Source of the DNA: a virus
Taxonomy: Duplodnaviria > Heunggongvirae > Uroviricota > Caudoviricetes
Length of the DNA stretch: 64,000 nt
Reading direction: 5' to 3' (one strand)
IMG/VR virus record: IMGVR_UViG_3300010882_000011
Span: 64,001-128,000 of that record
Both the position numbers and the translations under genes were made by a program. Below the pieces are notes generated by a model. The model saw only the letters and a list, made by a program, of their open reading frames with translations, was not told the origin of the DNA and made no database searches. This document shows, piece after piece, positions 37,801 to 51,328 of this stretch (its first letter is position 1; each line of letters begins with the position of its first letter).

Positions 37801-40800
37801 ATGGGACAGCAAAAAACTGATAATGAAGTAATGGATGGATCTGGTTGGTCTAGTCCGTACTATTCACGTATGGTAAATAATTCTTTATTAGATGCAAGAG
37901 CTGGGAAAAACAAAAAAACTATATTCCACGACACTGATGTTTACTATGGCACTCAAAAACAGTTAAAGTGAGCAGAGTATGAAATATCTAACATGATGAG
38001 GTCTCAAAATCCGTATAGTGATGTAAAAGCCGAGTTAATGTTTAAAAAAATGCATAATATTCCTTTGGAGACAAATGTAGATTTTAGTACATATTATCAA
38101 CGGTATAAAGACAAAAATGGACAAAGTAAGATCTATTATAGAGATATAAATGATAACAAAATCTATGCTATAAATGATATTACATACGATAATCAGACAA
38201 ACACTACCAGAAGAATAATTGAAGAATATTCTGAAGAAGGTATTGGTTTAAGAAACACCTTAATGGATGATTTTCAAATAAATACTTTGTATGACGCTGA
38301 TCAATTATTTGGGGGTGCATTTGCTTTAACTTATAGTACAGAATTTGGTAGATTTATTCCATCGGAATCCAATATTGATGTAGTATTTGATGCCATTGTA
38401 CAAGAGGATTTAAGAGACAAAATGATTGGTTATTTAGTAAATAAATCGGCAGTTAAAGTGGGTTCTACTAATCTTAATGAATCTTCTAAGTTTTTCAATG
38501 ATTATGATGCTCTTATTAAAGAAGGATTTAGTCATGAAGATGCCTTACAGTTAAGTGAACTTAATACAATGGACTTCTCTACAGAATTTGGCGGACTTCA
38601 ATTGGATTCAGACCACGACTTAGATTTTTCTGAGGTATCAGAGGTAACACAAATGATTTCTTCTTTAGAGGAAATGGGATATACACATGCTATAGTTAAC
38701 AATATCTACAATGATATAGCCAATGTAGTAAGAGAATCTCTAGTTGAATTTGATTCTGCTTTAGCTTCGGAAAATAATGAGGAATTGTACAAAATACTAG
38801 CTAAAAGCTTTGTTACTGCCTTTATGACTGGAGACAGAGACACAATAGGTTTAGCACAATCATTTGTAACACTTGCAAATCAAAGTTTACAAAAAGCAAA
38901 TTTGGAATATAAAATTCCTTTTAGTGCGGCAACTATTAATGGCATTTTTGTTTCTACTGTAGTTTCAAATATGGTGAAAGCAGGTATTAAAAGAAAATAT
39001 GCGGGTGTAGCGTCAGTTATTGCCCCATCTAATGGTATTTATCAATACTATAATATTGATGGAGCAAATTATGTATTTTCAGAATTACATTCACTTGCTG
39101 AACAAGCTGGCATACTTCCTATAATGGATGAAAACAATCGTATTATAAGGAGTGTTGTTGATCAGGCAATCAATGACGTTATGTTCAATTCAGCGATTGC
39201 TACTACTAATATGACAAACATATTAAATGGTATTCCTCATGCAATTGCATCTCCATTTAATAATCCATTTATTAAACCAATTCTTAAAGAAGATATAGAT
39301 TTTGAAGATACTGTAATTGCGTATAACCCCGTTGCGGGAACATATACAGTTGAAAAAATTGATTCCTTTTCCCAGTATGAAAAGGTTAAAAGAGGAACTC
39401 CTTCTACAATGTATCTTAATTGAACTATTAAACCGAAAAATTTAAAACAAGGAAATACCTTTTTTACTATTGGGGATAAAAAGTTTAATATCTATGATTT
39501 AGATTCTGTAAGGTTATCATTTAATTTAGCTAAATATGGAAATTCTATTAATTACAAAGACTTAGATGCAGTAGATCGCGAGCTCTTAACTTCAATATAT
39601 AAAACACGTAGGTTGGAAGAACAAATGCAGCCTAACGCAATTTTAAATAAACAGGGTTTATTAACTATCCTTAAAAAAGAAACACAATCTATTCTTAATA
39701 AATTGGCTAGTGGAGAACAAATACCAACCAGTATTGCTTTTAATATGCCAGGTGTTATGTATGTCGTACCTAGTAATGTACAAGTTGCTGCTGCTCAGAT
39801 AATGATGGGTAGATTGCAAGCCAAACAATTAGGATTACAACCAGGGGATACTGTTAATCAAATTAAGTCTAATAGAAACTTCTTCTACGATAGAATGTCT
39901 GGTAATTACAATCTATCCACCAATAATGGTGATAATATGGATTTGAATACTTATGATATAGTCCTATTTGATGGCAAAGGAAAGAAATTCTATGTAAAGT
40001 ATGTGGACAGCATCAATGAAATTATGGATTTTAACTTTACTGATAATCCTGATTTCCGAATAATTGATAATGAAAGTGTATGATATAACGGAACACTAGT
40101 TTCTGATGCTGGAGAAAAGATTTTCAAAAAGTACACTGATGGGGAAGGAATGACTCACGATATGATAGTAATTACTAACATGGATCGAATAAACGAGTTA
40201 ACTAAATCTAAGTTATTTGATACATATAAGTTAAATTATACAGAAGCCAACAAACAACGTTTATTACAGCATCAATTTAACTGGAATATAGAAAACAACG
40301 TTCCTGTAACTTTGAAAAGACCTTACGGGAACTCCTTTCACGAATTTACAGTTAATAGTTTTGATGGCTTAAGTCAAGTAAGTGCTGCAACCCTTAATCA
40401 AAATGAAATCTATACTTTTGATGACCGTCTACAAGATATTGCTACTATGAAACGTGATAGTTTTGAAAAACTGTTGACGTACGTAGGTTCCAGGATTCCT
40501 GCGCAATCTATGCAGTCTTTTATGGCGATGGAACTTGTAGCATTTACAGAGGATACTACAAACGTAGTCTATGTTCCTAAAGTGCAATTATGGTTACAAG
40601 GAAGTGACTTTGATATTGATAAGTTATACATTATGAGTTATGCTTTAAGTGATAGTGGAAGATTTCACTCTTTCTCTAACTTAATAAAAACACATAACAT
40701 AGATGCTGTTATAAAACTCCCTAGACCAGATGGTACAAAATATATTCGTAATAGAGAGGGAACAAATCTTGTTACTGCGGAAGATATTCAGAATACTCGA

Positions 40801-43800
40801 TACAACAATTTAGATGCTGTTGATAGAGTACTGAGGAGTGATTCTAATACTGTACAATTTGGAAGTGGTGTAACTAGGGAAGAGTCTCTAGAATTTATGA
40901 GAGTTTTAAACACTCATAGTTCCTCAAAGATTTCCGATAATATAGAGGATAATGCTTTGAAAAATACAATTGTTGATGGGATTATTAACGTGGTCAAGGA
41001 TCCCCGTAATCAAATTAACTTATTTACTCCAGTAAATATGGATGATCCTAGATTGGCAGCTGCTGATTCCAATCTTGGAAGAATGGGCAATAGGAATTCT
41101 ATTGACAATCCCGCAACTAAGGTGATGATGCAAATAGAAAATATGCTGGGTAAAAAAGTGGTTGGGATTACAGCTGTAGCTTTAAAGTCATTTTTCTTTT
41201 TGTCCAATTTCTATAATAATAAAATAGAGGAAGCGTTACAAGCATTTAGAAATGAAGACTATACTGAATTTTTCTATATAATGGATAAAATTGCCTTTAA
41301 AAATCCTCTCAATTATGACATAGCTGTGTTATCTAATATCAATTTTGATGATTTGTGAACAGAAATTCAACAAATTAGAGGAGATTCTCCATTGGAATTG
41401 ACTGTGCCAATTAATTTTAGAGGTGCCAACAATTTGGGAAACTATGTTACTAATCAACAGTTAAACGTTGAGGGCATGGTTAGGAAACTTCGAGAACTGG
41501 CTGATGTAACACCTGCTTCCTTGACTATCAGTGCAATTTTATCAGCAGCAACCGATAATGCTAAGGAGTTGATATTAGCGAAAATTAATGCAACTCCTGG
41601 ACTTGTTGACTTGTATAACTATCTTACATCTATTGGATATAGTTTTGATAAGATTGCCTCTATCATGACCTCCACCTTAATGGATCGTATTGCCCAGATG
41701 AGTAACAGTAATATATTTGATAATAGTACATACAGTTTTAACCTGAAAAATGCAATTGCATTTTATTCTGAAAACGAGGTACTACCAATGGTAGAGAAAC
41801 ATTTTCTAGTAAAATTCCTCGATGCTGCTGGTATCTCAACAAGTATGGCTAATTTAAATCCTACTCTTAGAAATACTGAAAATGTCAAAACCCTACAATC
41901 ATATCTGGCAAGGAAGGTGATTGAATCAAGGACTGCCAAATCTTATGCAAATGAGGGAACCCATGAAGAACAGCAACCTGATGATACATATGATGATACA
42001 TATGATTCAGAACAGGCCCAAAGTACTAATCCTACTAAACGTATTACTCCTAATAAACATGATTATAAAGCTGCTTATGTATTAACCAAGTATATTATTG
42101 AACGTAATAATTTGTTAGATGTTACTCCTGATAGCGAAAAAAAGGATTTACAACGAATATATGATGCAGTATTACCTGGTATTGAAGAAATGCAGTTAGT
42201 TGGTAAATTCACTGCTTTTAATAAGGGTATAAATACAAACTCCTTTGACAAGTACAATCAATTTAAGTCAATTGAAACTGGTGTTAATAGAGTAATACAA
42301 CAATACAATAGACGAAATAAAACTAATCATCCATCATTCAATTTAATGACCTTCTTAGCAGATGAGTCTTCCAGACAAACTTGGATTGATTTATATGAGG
42401 AAATGAAAACATATGCCAATCCACTAGATGCGGTAAATAATGTTCCACATTTTAGAGAAATGATTAAAATGGCTTATTATGTGGAAAGTGTTATTAACGC
42501 AGTATCTATGAAGGATAGGTTTACATCTAAAATAATTAACGAAGTACTACAAAAACCAACTCAAAAGTTAGATAAGAGGGAATATAAAGCTGTTGATAAA
42601 TACGTTAATGATGTACTAATATTTAATTGAATAAAACAATTAAACAGGGAGATAAAAATTCCAGTGGGACAAAAATACTTTACTAATAAGATTGGAGAAA
42701 TACTAACAAATAATCCTGTTGATCCTAGTGTTCCTGTTGATTCTAACAACCCTGTTAATCCAGAGAATTTTACAATTCCTTTGAATACTATTCAGGATAT
42801 AGCTTCATTTAAGATGTTAATGGATAATTTCATCATACCTAATATGAAAATACATCCTGACTATAAAAATAATGAATTTATTAAAAACCTTACTACAGGA
42901 GTCTTTTCTAATCAACACGGAATTCATCAGTTCTGGAAACCACCTATAGATATGATGCAGATTGATAGATCTTTTAGAAACCAAACAGCATACGAAAATA
43001 TGTTAGCTGGTTTTAATAATCTGGATGGCAAAAGTATATACGGTTGAAATGTGGTAGATCTCTTTTATTTGTATAATCTTGTTACAAACAAGGATGGTTT
43101 TGGAAGATCAGCCCTTACAAGATTCTTTGAAGATATTTACAAAACAAGTCACTCTAATCTTTTGATTGGAGACTTTTATAAATATTTAGCTAATTTGGAT
43201 TTTAGTTCAGATTCTGAATTAGAATATAATATAAATGATTTAAGATATCGAATAACGTTTGCATCAAATAATTCCTATAATAAATTTGAATCGTATCTTT
43301 CATCTAAAAGAGATGCAGCAAGTTTAGTTATGCGGGATCCTAAAACAAAAAGTGTTATAACAACAGTAGTAGAAAATGCAGTGGGTCCGAATGCGGAGTT
43401 CTTTACTTTTACTATGCCGTTTTTATTTAAACAGGTTGCTAAACGCGTTATTGGCGATGTAAAACCTATAGTTAATGAGGAAACTCCATTTTTTAACATC
43501 CCTATAAATCAAAATTCTTTAATGAAAGATGTGATGAACAATATAAGGGAACTTTATGGAGACAATATTTCAGAAGTTTATAATGATGAATTTAACGAAG
43601 AAACTGACCCAGCCATACGCAATGCAAATGCATACATAGAAGAGGGGAGAGCCTATATTAATATGGATAAATTAGACATTGCTTCTCCAGTGCATGAATT
43701 TACTCACATGTTATTAGCGGGATTGAAGGAAAGAAATCCAGATATATATTATCATCTATTATCATTGGTAAGAGACCATGAGTTGTATAGTGAATTGTTA

Positions 43801-44166
43801 AATAACTTGGCTTATGCAAACAAACGAGGGTCTGACATCGATGAAGAGGTATTTGCTACTATAATGGGAGAGTACTTTAAAAATAGAATGTACAACTGGA
43901 GTGGTAACGTAGAATTAAAAGGAATTGAATCTGAACTTCTTGATGTAGTCAAGGAAATATTTGGTTTAACTGAAGATATTAATGTAGATATTCAAAGCCT
44001 AATGGCAACTTCTTTAGATGATGTGATGCAGGTTTTTGGTAGTGTACTGTTTTCTAACAACATTGGAGACTTGATGGACATTGAGTTTGTCAAACTGAAT
44101 CAGAAGATGGCTACTTTGAAAGATAATCTGATGAGTCAGGAAATAATAAAAACAAACTGTAAGTAA
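34831..44166 (+). CDS. Virion two-barrel DNA-dependent RNA polymerase, 3111 aa, with C-terminal zincin motif
   Basis: GSRIPAQ...QGSDFDIDKLY catalytic motif (DFDID 40606-40620); HEFTH at 43693-43707; single frame under table 4. Confidence 0.85.
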
Positions 44167-47100
44167 TGGAAAGATGTGATAAGTTTAAGGTAAAAATAAA
44201 TGGCAAATGAAAGACGTTTAATTCCGATAGAGAACTAGACCTTTTCCTAAAGTCGAATCAAGATAAATACAAAATAGATGAAGTTCATAAAACGTTCTCT
44301 ATTGATCCTATGGCTGAAGCCCTCGCTAATCTTGAAAAAGCGAGGGTTAAGACCCAAATAGAAGAAACAAAGGATGTAGCAATGCAGCCAACTATGGAAG
44401 AATTAAAAGAAGGTATTGAAGTTGATATTAGTAATGAGAAGTACACAAAGGTACCAAACTCAATGTCTGTAACACAGTTTAATTCCACATTTGGTAAACC
44501 TGACAATTGAGCTGAACCTGCGGTTACTCCCTATAATAAAGAGGCTATAAAAAACTTTTTGTTAACTAAATACAGAATAACTAATACTGAAGCTGAGGCT
44601 CAGAAAATGACCCAAGATACTCTTAATTCTTATGAACAACAAACTCAATATGGTACTGATGTCCATGATTATATGGAATCTATTATTAAGGGTGTAAGTA
44701 AAGAATTTAAACTTGACGGTGGTCAATTTAGAGGTAAGGCGGAAAGATTTATACGTGAGACAATTGACAAGCATACTATAAACGGAAAAAAACCTGAAGT
44801 TTTTAGTGAATATGCTATACAATCCAAAGAGTTAGATAGGGAACTTATAAAAGCTACAGGTGACAAATTTAAGACACTTCATGGTAGAATGGATTTACTC
44901 ATTATAGACAGTGCGGGAAAAGCACATATATATGATTTTAAGGTTTCTAAAAGGGAAGTTGGAGACTGGGACATTACTGAAAACTATGTTATTAATAAAG
45001 GTGGATATTGACATTCAACAAAGAAATATGGTACTGCTTCTCAATTAGCATATTATAGAAGAATACTAGAGCAACACGGTGTACGTGTTGGAACAACAAA
45101 TGTTGTTCCTATAAAGTTAGATCTAGAATATGAGGATGATAATATAAATATTAAGGGTGTTAGAAATATTGTTATAGGGGAAACTTTAACTAACGTTAAG
45201 GGGACAAGACCTGGTTCTAGAATGTATCGCAATATTTATAATATGCTGCCTTCTCAATATGAAGTTGGTGAAACAGGAAGATTTTCAACCACTATATCCA
45301 AAACCGCTGCCCTATTTCCTATCGCAAATAAAAAATTTACAAGTATCAATCAAGACAGAAATGTAGATTTTCTTATAAAAGACAAGAAAGTTTGAAACCA
45401 TGTTGATTCTAGTACTGAAAAAGGTCAAGAAGGATATAAATATCAAATATTTTTCAATAGAATTAAGGGTTCTAGTAGTCTTTTTTATAAAACGAAGGAA
45501 GAGTTTGAAGCAGGTATGAAAGAATATGCTGATGCTATAACTTCTTCTAGAGGACAAGAAATGAAAGATATAGCAAACGCGATCTTAGAAGTACAGGATG
45601 GTACAATGGATATTACTGAAATATCAGGAAGTGATAAAAATGCATACGTTAATTTCATTGCGAGACATTTCGATAGATACATAAAAAATGACTGAAAACT
45701 CCTTAAAATTGATGAATTAATACAAAATGGATACTTTGTATTTCAGAAACATGGGCGTACAGAGGTGCTATTAATGACAGATCAAACACTACGTAATGTA
45801 AATGAACTTGCACGAGGAACTTCTCTGTTAGGACAATGAAAATCTGATACTACACAGAAACTAAAACAAGTATTACCTGCTAGTAATGCTAATATTGAAA
45901 TGATGAAAGCAATGATTTTCATCACAGAAAATCCTGAATTATTCACTGAAACACAAATTGACAAAATTGATGTTATAAATCCTTGACATCGCAGTAATGT
46001 ATTTAGTTACAATGAAGATCTAGTATTCAATTATCAACAACTTAGACAATATTCCTCTGATTCTTTAAAAAATATTCCACCAAATCTCTTTAGCAATAAT
46101 GTTGAGTCTAAACTTAGACAAGCAGATGCCATTGTAGAATATGGAAGTGACTGAAAAGCCATCGGAGATCTCCTTAAAAATGATGCAAATAAAGCAATTA
46201 TTGCTAAGAAGGATATTAAAGCATTAATTGATGAGTTAATAAGATCAAACGGCAGAAAAGGTGGTACACTTTGAAATGCCAAAACTCTGGATCCTAATAA
46301 TGATGATGTTAAAATTCTATTTTATTTAACACAGGCTTATCTTGCAGTGGATGGTTACAAGGCATATGATGAATTGGATGTAAACAAATGGTTGCAAGGT
46401 GTATATCCAACAGGAGGATACCTCTCCAGTCCCGACTTTTCTCGTTCTAGAAATGTTCAGCAAATGGCAGATATCGTATCTCGTTATTCTACAGAAGTAC
46501 GTCAGGGGGTGGCTAAGAAAGTAGCGATTTATGAAAAACCTCTCCGTGATTTATATAACAGCAATAAGCTCCATATTGAAGGAGGAGAAGCCAATATCTT
46601 CAAAGAATTTCTTAGAAGGGATCCAACTACAGGAAAAGTTGATTCTCGTTTATTGTGAAAAACATTAGATGATCCTTACTTTGTAGATAGACCTAAAGAA
46701 AAGAAAGTTATGGAATTATACTTCAAAATATGAGAGGAATATAGGTACAATAACAATGAAACTGATATTTCTGCTGCCAAAGCTAATGATTCATATTACG
46801 AAGTTCCCCTAATGCCAGCAAAATTTGTTCGGCAAGTAAAGAATGATAAATTGGCTGCTGTAGCCAAAAACATATATAAGGAAGCAATGAATCTTATTGA
46901 AGGCTTATCTCATGACCAAACTGAAATGAAACAGAAGTATGAAGCTGATCATCAAAGTCTTTTTAATAGGTTTAATACGAATGAATTTTCTAGACAAACA
47001 CTACTAGATAGCCAAAATACTGGATATTGGGAATTTGACTTAGAGCGTATTCTAATTAATGTTATAGAAGAATATGAACAAGAAAAAGCTAGTGCTAGAT

Positions 47101-48677
47101 ATATACCTGCAATACAAGGTCTTCAAATGGCTTTGCATGTATATGGTTTATTTGCCAATGGAGAAGCAGTAATTCCTAATGTTGAAGAAGTTATTCAAAA
47201 ATATTTGACGCGCACATTATATGAATCTCCAATTATGGATGAGAGTTTAATCCCAGCTTATAGAGTTATGAGTATATTTAAGGATGCCACATCTAAACTT
47301 ATGTTGGGAGGTAACTTTCGTTCTGGCATTAGAGAGTTAATACAAGGAGGTTTATTTATTGGAGCTGTTAGAGCATTTTCAGGTCAAATGGGAGACCATA
47401 TTGATGTGGCCAATTACACAAAAGCTTATACTTATATTTTAACAGAATTCCCCAGTTCTATAAACAAGATTCATTTCGTGGAATGGCTAAATGCCGAATA
47501 CGGTATGGCAAATATATCTATAAATGAAATTGCAGAGTATTTCAGATTAAATCAGTTAGGGATTCGTAACTTTGGAAGTCATCAATTATTCTTTGCAGCC
47601 AAAATGGGAGATTTTCTTCATAGAATGACTTTCTTAATAGGAAAGATGATGAAAGATGGTTCTTGGGAAGCCCATAGTGCTAATGAAGAAACTGGTAAAG
47701 CAGAATATGATTTTTATAAAGACTCTCGTTATACTAAATTTGTCGAAGGTGATGTACATCATCCTGACTATGCAAAACAGAAAGCGCTATACCTTGTTAA
47801 TATGGAAAAATTTAACGAGGAAGGTATATGAGGACACATTGATTATACTCCAGGTGAAAAACCTATGCCATTGCCTAGAGCTTACACACATACTGAAGGT
47901 AAAGCCATGAAAGTATATGCGGACTTACTATACGGTCACTATGATTTAGAATCAAGAGCCTTACTTAATAGTACATTCTTAGGAGCTTTTTTCATACAAT
48001 TTCAAACATTTACCATCGGTAAATTAGAACAATGGTTCTTAAAACCTGGCTTATATAATATAGAATCTCCAAAGCAACAATATTTGGATGGGGAAAGATT
48101 GTGGAGAGTTGAAAGATACCCAGTAATTAATGAAGATGGTACGTTTAGTGGTTTTCCAGAAGTTGACTTTGTTAAAGAATCTTTATTGCAAGAATCGGAT
48201 AAAAAATTTGCTTCTCTTTATATGGAATTTGAAGCCCAACCTTTGGAGGGTATATGGTTTTCAATGATGAGTTATGCAAAAGATATTTTTAGTCTAGACT
48301 CAGCAGGACTTAAAGAACACTGGGATGATCCAGTAAAGAGGGCTAACTTGGTACACTTCCTTAGTGACATTATAGGTATGATTATTCTAGGATATTTAGT
48401 TAAATGAGCATTTGATTGAAAAAACTTGAAAGATGAAGGCGTACTTAAAAACTATGCAGCCCAAATAGCCTATGGCTCCACACAGGATGGCCCAATTCTT
48501 AATATCATAGACCAATTAGTTGGAGATCTGAATCCTCCAACTAAATCCACAATGGAAAAATTGTGAAATTCTACGGGTTCTATGATTATCGGGGATGTTA
48601 ATATGTGGCAATGATTAACTACTAATGTTGGTGCAATACGTGAATTCAGAGTTGTATCTAACAAAATGACACAATAA
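44166..48677 (+). CDS. Giant virion protein, 1503 aa, with PD-(D/E)xK nuclease domain and hydrophobic C-terminal segment
   Basis: TAATG overlap start; GTDVH...GRMDLLII...IYDFK...QLAYY; frame checked through 45011-46347 (only TGA); ends TAA. Confidence 0.75.
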
Positions 48678-48679
48678 TC

Positions 48680-48726
48680 AAAAAAAAATAGCCCGCACTC
48701 CTTTCGGAATACGGGCTATTTTTTAT
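48680..48726. terminator. Bidirectional intrinsic terminator between the convergent modules
   Basis: A-tract-TAGCCCG...CGGGCTA-T-tract at the strand switch. Confidence 0.9.
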
Positions 48727-49442
48727 TTTAAGAGTTTTGCTAATTTCTTACATTTATCAAACAAATCGGATAATGTACCATCGTTTTCTAGTAAATGGTG
48801 GTACATTTTTTCGTTTAATAACTCTTCTAATTCGGATTCAGAAGAGTGAACTCCTGGTTTAGTACCAGGTCTTGTAATGTGAACTACCTTAGCTTTATTG
48901 GCTATGGCTTTATTGTGTTCATTTACAAATCTTTGGTCACATATAATCAGATTATCATACACTGATTTCAATGTAGATAATATCCAAATATCCTGACCAA
49001 AATGGAATCTCATTATTTCTGTCCCGAAGTATTGCATTACTTGACGAACAGATAAATAATAAGTACTTGTTAGTTGATAACCTAAACGATTCATTTCTTT
49101 CATAAACTTTGAATCAGATAGAATCTTTGAACTATCAAGTTTATCCCTGTGTGCTACAGTTAATGTAGTAAAATCAACAAAATAATTTTCCTTGAAGTCT
49201 CTATCTTCCAACGATGCTCTATCAACATTTAATAATTCTGCAATCATTACTTTGATTTTTTCAGCATACAATGTTGTATGATATTTACTCTTGGAGTATT
49301 TCAAGATTGGTTGTAATAACCTATACATCTTATAATTGTGAAGAAACTTTGGCATATTTAAACAATATACCAGCATTTCTCCAGAAACAGATTTACCACT
49401 GTTTTTATAACCTTGTATAGTAATTATACTCCTTACCCCCAT
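48723..49442 (-). CDS. Deoxynucleoside monophosphate kinase (T4 gp1-like)
   Basis: GYKNSGKS P-loop, RQVMQYFGTE, ICDQRFVNE. Confidence 0.75.
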   Translation of the reverse strand: MGVRSIITIQGYKNSGKSVSGEMLVYCLNMPKFLHNYKMYRLLQPILKYSKSKYHTTLYAEKIKVMIAELLNVDRASLEDRDFKENYFVDFTTLTVAHRDKLDSSKILSDSKFMKEMNRLGYQLTSTYYLSVRQVMQYFGTEIMRFHFGQDIWILSTLKSVYDNLIICDQRFVNEHNKAIANKAKVVHITRPGTKPGVHSSESELEELLNEKMYHHLLENDGTLSDLFDKCKKLAKLLK

Positions 49443-49678
49443 ATAATAATAGTATTACCTGGGAATTTAGGATGTTCTTCAACAGCATAACCTAATTCAA
49501 CAAGCTCATCATATAGATCAGTGTTTACTGTTGTACTAATAGCAAAATCAACAGTAATTCTAGTTGCATTAGTAAATCTCTGTCTTCCTAATAGTGTTGC
49601 AACTTTAAGAAATCTTGTATCTAATAGTCTCCCTTCTTGGGCAGCTGCAAGTTGTTCTGCAGAAATAATGTCTACCAT
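49433..49678 (-). CDS. Hypothetical protein, 81 aa
   Basis: ORF with TAATG coupling to the upstream gene. Confidence 0.65.
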   Translation of the reverse strand: MVDIISAEQLAAAQEGRLLDTRFLKVATLLGRQRFTNATRITVDFAISTTVNTDLYDELVELGYAVEEHPKFPGNTIIIWG

Positions 49679-49920
49679 TATTCGTAATTATTAATTAATT
49701 CTTTAATCTCTTTTAACTCAACAAGTATATTTTTATGTTCAGTGTCATAATAATACTTACGATCTATAACCTTGTACTTGCGAGGTAGTGTAGTTCCTTG
49801 ATATCTCCCTTGAGTTGCAGGAATAGTAATTATTTCTCCAACTTCGGGAATTACTAGAAAGTTTGTTTCAAGGAGAACAAAACTTTCACATTTGTATATA
49901 ACGTGGTATTTACTAATCAT
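49678..49920 (-). CDS. Hypothetical protein, 80 aa (IPxVG motif)
   Basis: TAATG coupling at both ends. Confidence 0.65.
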   Translation of the reverse strand: MISKYHVIYKCESFVLLETNFLVIPEVGEIITIPATQGRYQGTTLPRKYKVIDRKYYYDTEHKNILVELKEIKELINNYE

Positions 49921-50294
49921 TATCAGTCATATGTAAATCCGATTATGCGATCTTTTTTAACTTTTTCAAAGAGAATATCAATAAGTTCTTCTACGTTGTC
50001 GTGAATATTATCATCCTCACATTCCTTTGCATATTCAATTAACGCTGGAAATGACCTTTCCATATATTTCTCTCACCACGGTCCACTATCATATTCATTG
50101 GTAAATTTTTCCCATTTCTCGTCCTCGAAGTCTAACATTCAACCACTGTAGGGCAATAAACCATATGCGTCAATCAACGTCATTATTTCTAATTTGGTTA
50201 GACCAGAGTTTGTCTCCAATAAGTTATCAACTAAAGACTTCTTTTGCTGATTATATATTTCCAACACCGCAGCCCATTCTGAAAACTTACTCAC
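49920..50294 (-). CDS. Hypothetical protein, 124 aa (TGA=Trp x3)
   Basis: GTG 50294 overlapping the thyX stop; TGA at 50139, 50073, 49923; final TAA overlaps the next ATG. Confidence 0.6.
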
Positions 50295-51144
50295 TGATAT
50301 ATCCTTTCTCCTTAAATTCTTCATATAACGGTATTGCCAATTCTCTCATCTGAGGATGCGCACTTTCTGCTACTCTTAAACCAAAGAAGTGTTTTCAATC
50401 ATCTAGGAATCCTGTCATTACTACTTCTGTTTTAAGTGCGTTTGGTAATACTGCTCTTGCTTGTTGAGGTTGCCAATTACATTCATTCAATAAGTTAAAA
50501 TATCTATTTTCACATTCTCGTAAATGATAATTGAATATTCTACTATCTTTATCAGTGTCTGTATTATCTAACCAAGTAGGTTGTATAAAAGTAATTTCAT
50601 TATTAAACTTATCTTTAGAATAGTTACAATATCTTGTACTCTCTTGAGCAAAACTAAATACTCTATGTCTTACTAATTCATGGGATACGCCTCTATCACA
50701 AATCCATCTAACTGATACTCTTTTTTCATGGTGTTTTGTTGGTAAACAAATATATTCTAAATCATCTAACCAATTATTCTCTAAAAGAACTCTATAGTTA
50801 GTTGTGATATAATATTTATGTTCATTACCATTATAATTACAAACTGAATATTTATTATCACTATACTTTAAACCATTGGGTTCTTCAATATATAAATAAA
50901 CAGTACCATGTTCCAACATAGCCGTATGACCTCTTTCGATAATCATATCTACAAATTTCTTCGCAGAATCATCAGTTATTCTATCTTCGGACTTGTAGCA
51001 AGTTCTCCCTGCTACTTCAATTTGTTTATACACTACATCTAAAGGATCATTTTCTAAAGTCATAGAACCTGTTTTTGCACCTTTACATATAGTAGTATAA
51101 TATTCTGGATTTAGTATTTCTACTGATGGCTTAATTAGCTTCAT
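50287..51144 (-). CDS. thyX: Flavin-dependent thymidylate synthase, 285 aa
   Basis: GHTAMLEH, ELVRHRVFSFAQESTRY; readthrough of TGA 50395 restores W-KHFFGLRVAESAHPQMRELA. Confidence 0.9.
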
Positions 51145-51319
51145 ATTCTTTTTCAAGGATTAAACGTACATGCTCATCACAATCATCACATCATATAGAG
51201 TCAATATCATCTAAGCATGCTTCGCTTGTATATTCGTAGGTATTGGCATCAACTCAAGCTATAACACTAACGTTCCTAGATCCACATTCTGCACATACCC
51301 ATATTTGTTTTTCGTTCAT
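51131..51319 (-). CDS. Small Zn-finger protein, 62 aa (TGA=Trp x2)
   Basis: WVCAECGSRNV...AWVDANT...WCDDCDE; absent from the ORF track. Confidence 0.7.
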
Positions 51320-51328
51320 TGTTCAATT

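Noticed and set aside
41980-42005. Short tandem repeats (GATGATACATAT x2; also CCTGATTGA x2 at 8141-8158 and NPV repeats at ~42710-42765)
   Set aside because: In-frame repeats encoding low-complexity linkers; no sign of phase variation
1156-48664. Antisense ORFs in the track over the + module (e.g. 23334-23705, 21228-21563), and + strand ORFs over the - module
   Set aside because: They lie wholly within long opposite-strand or other-frame genes and show no recognisable motifs; treated as shadow ORFs
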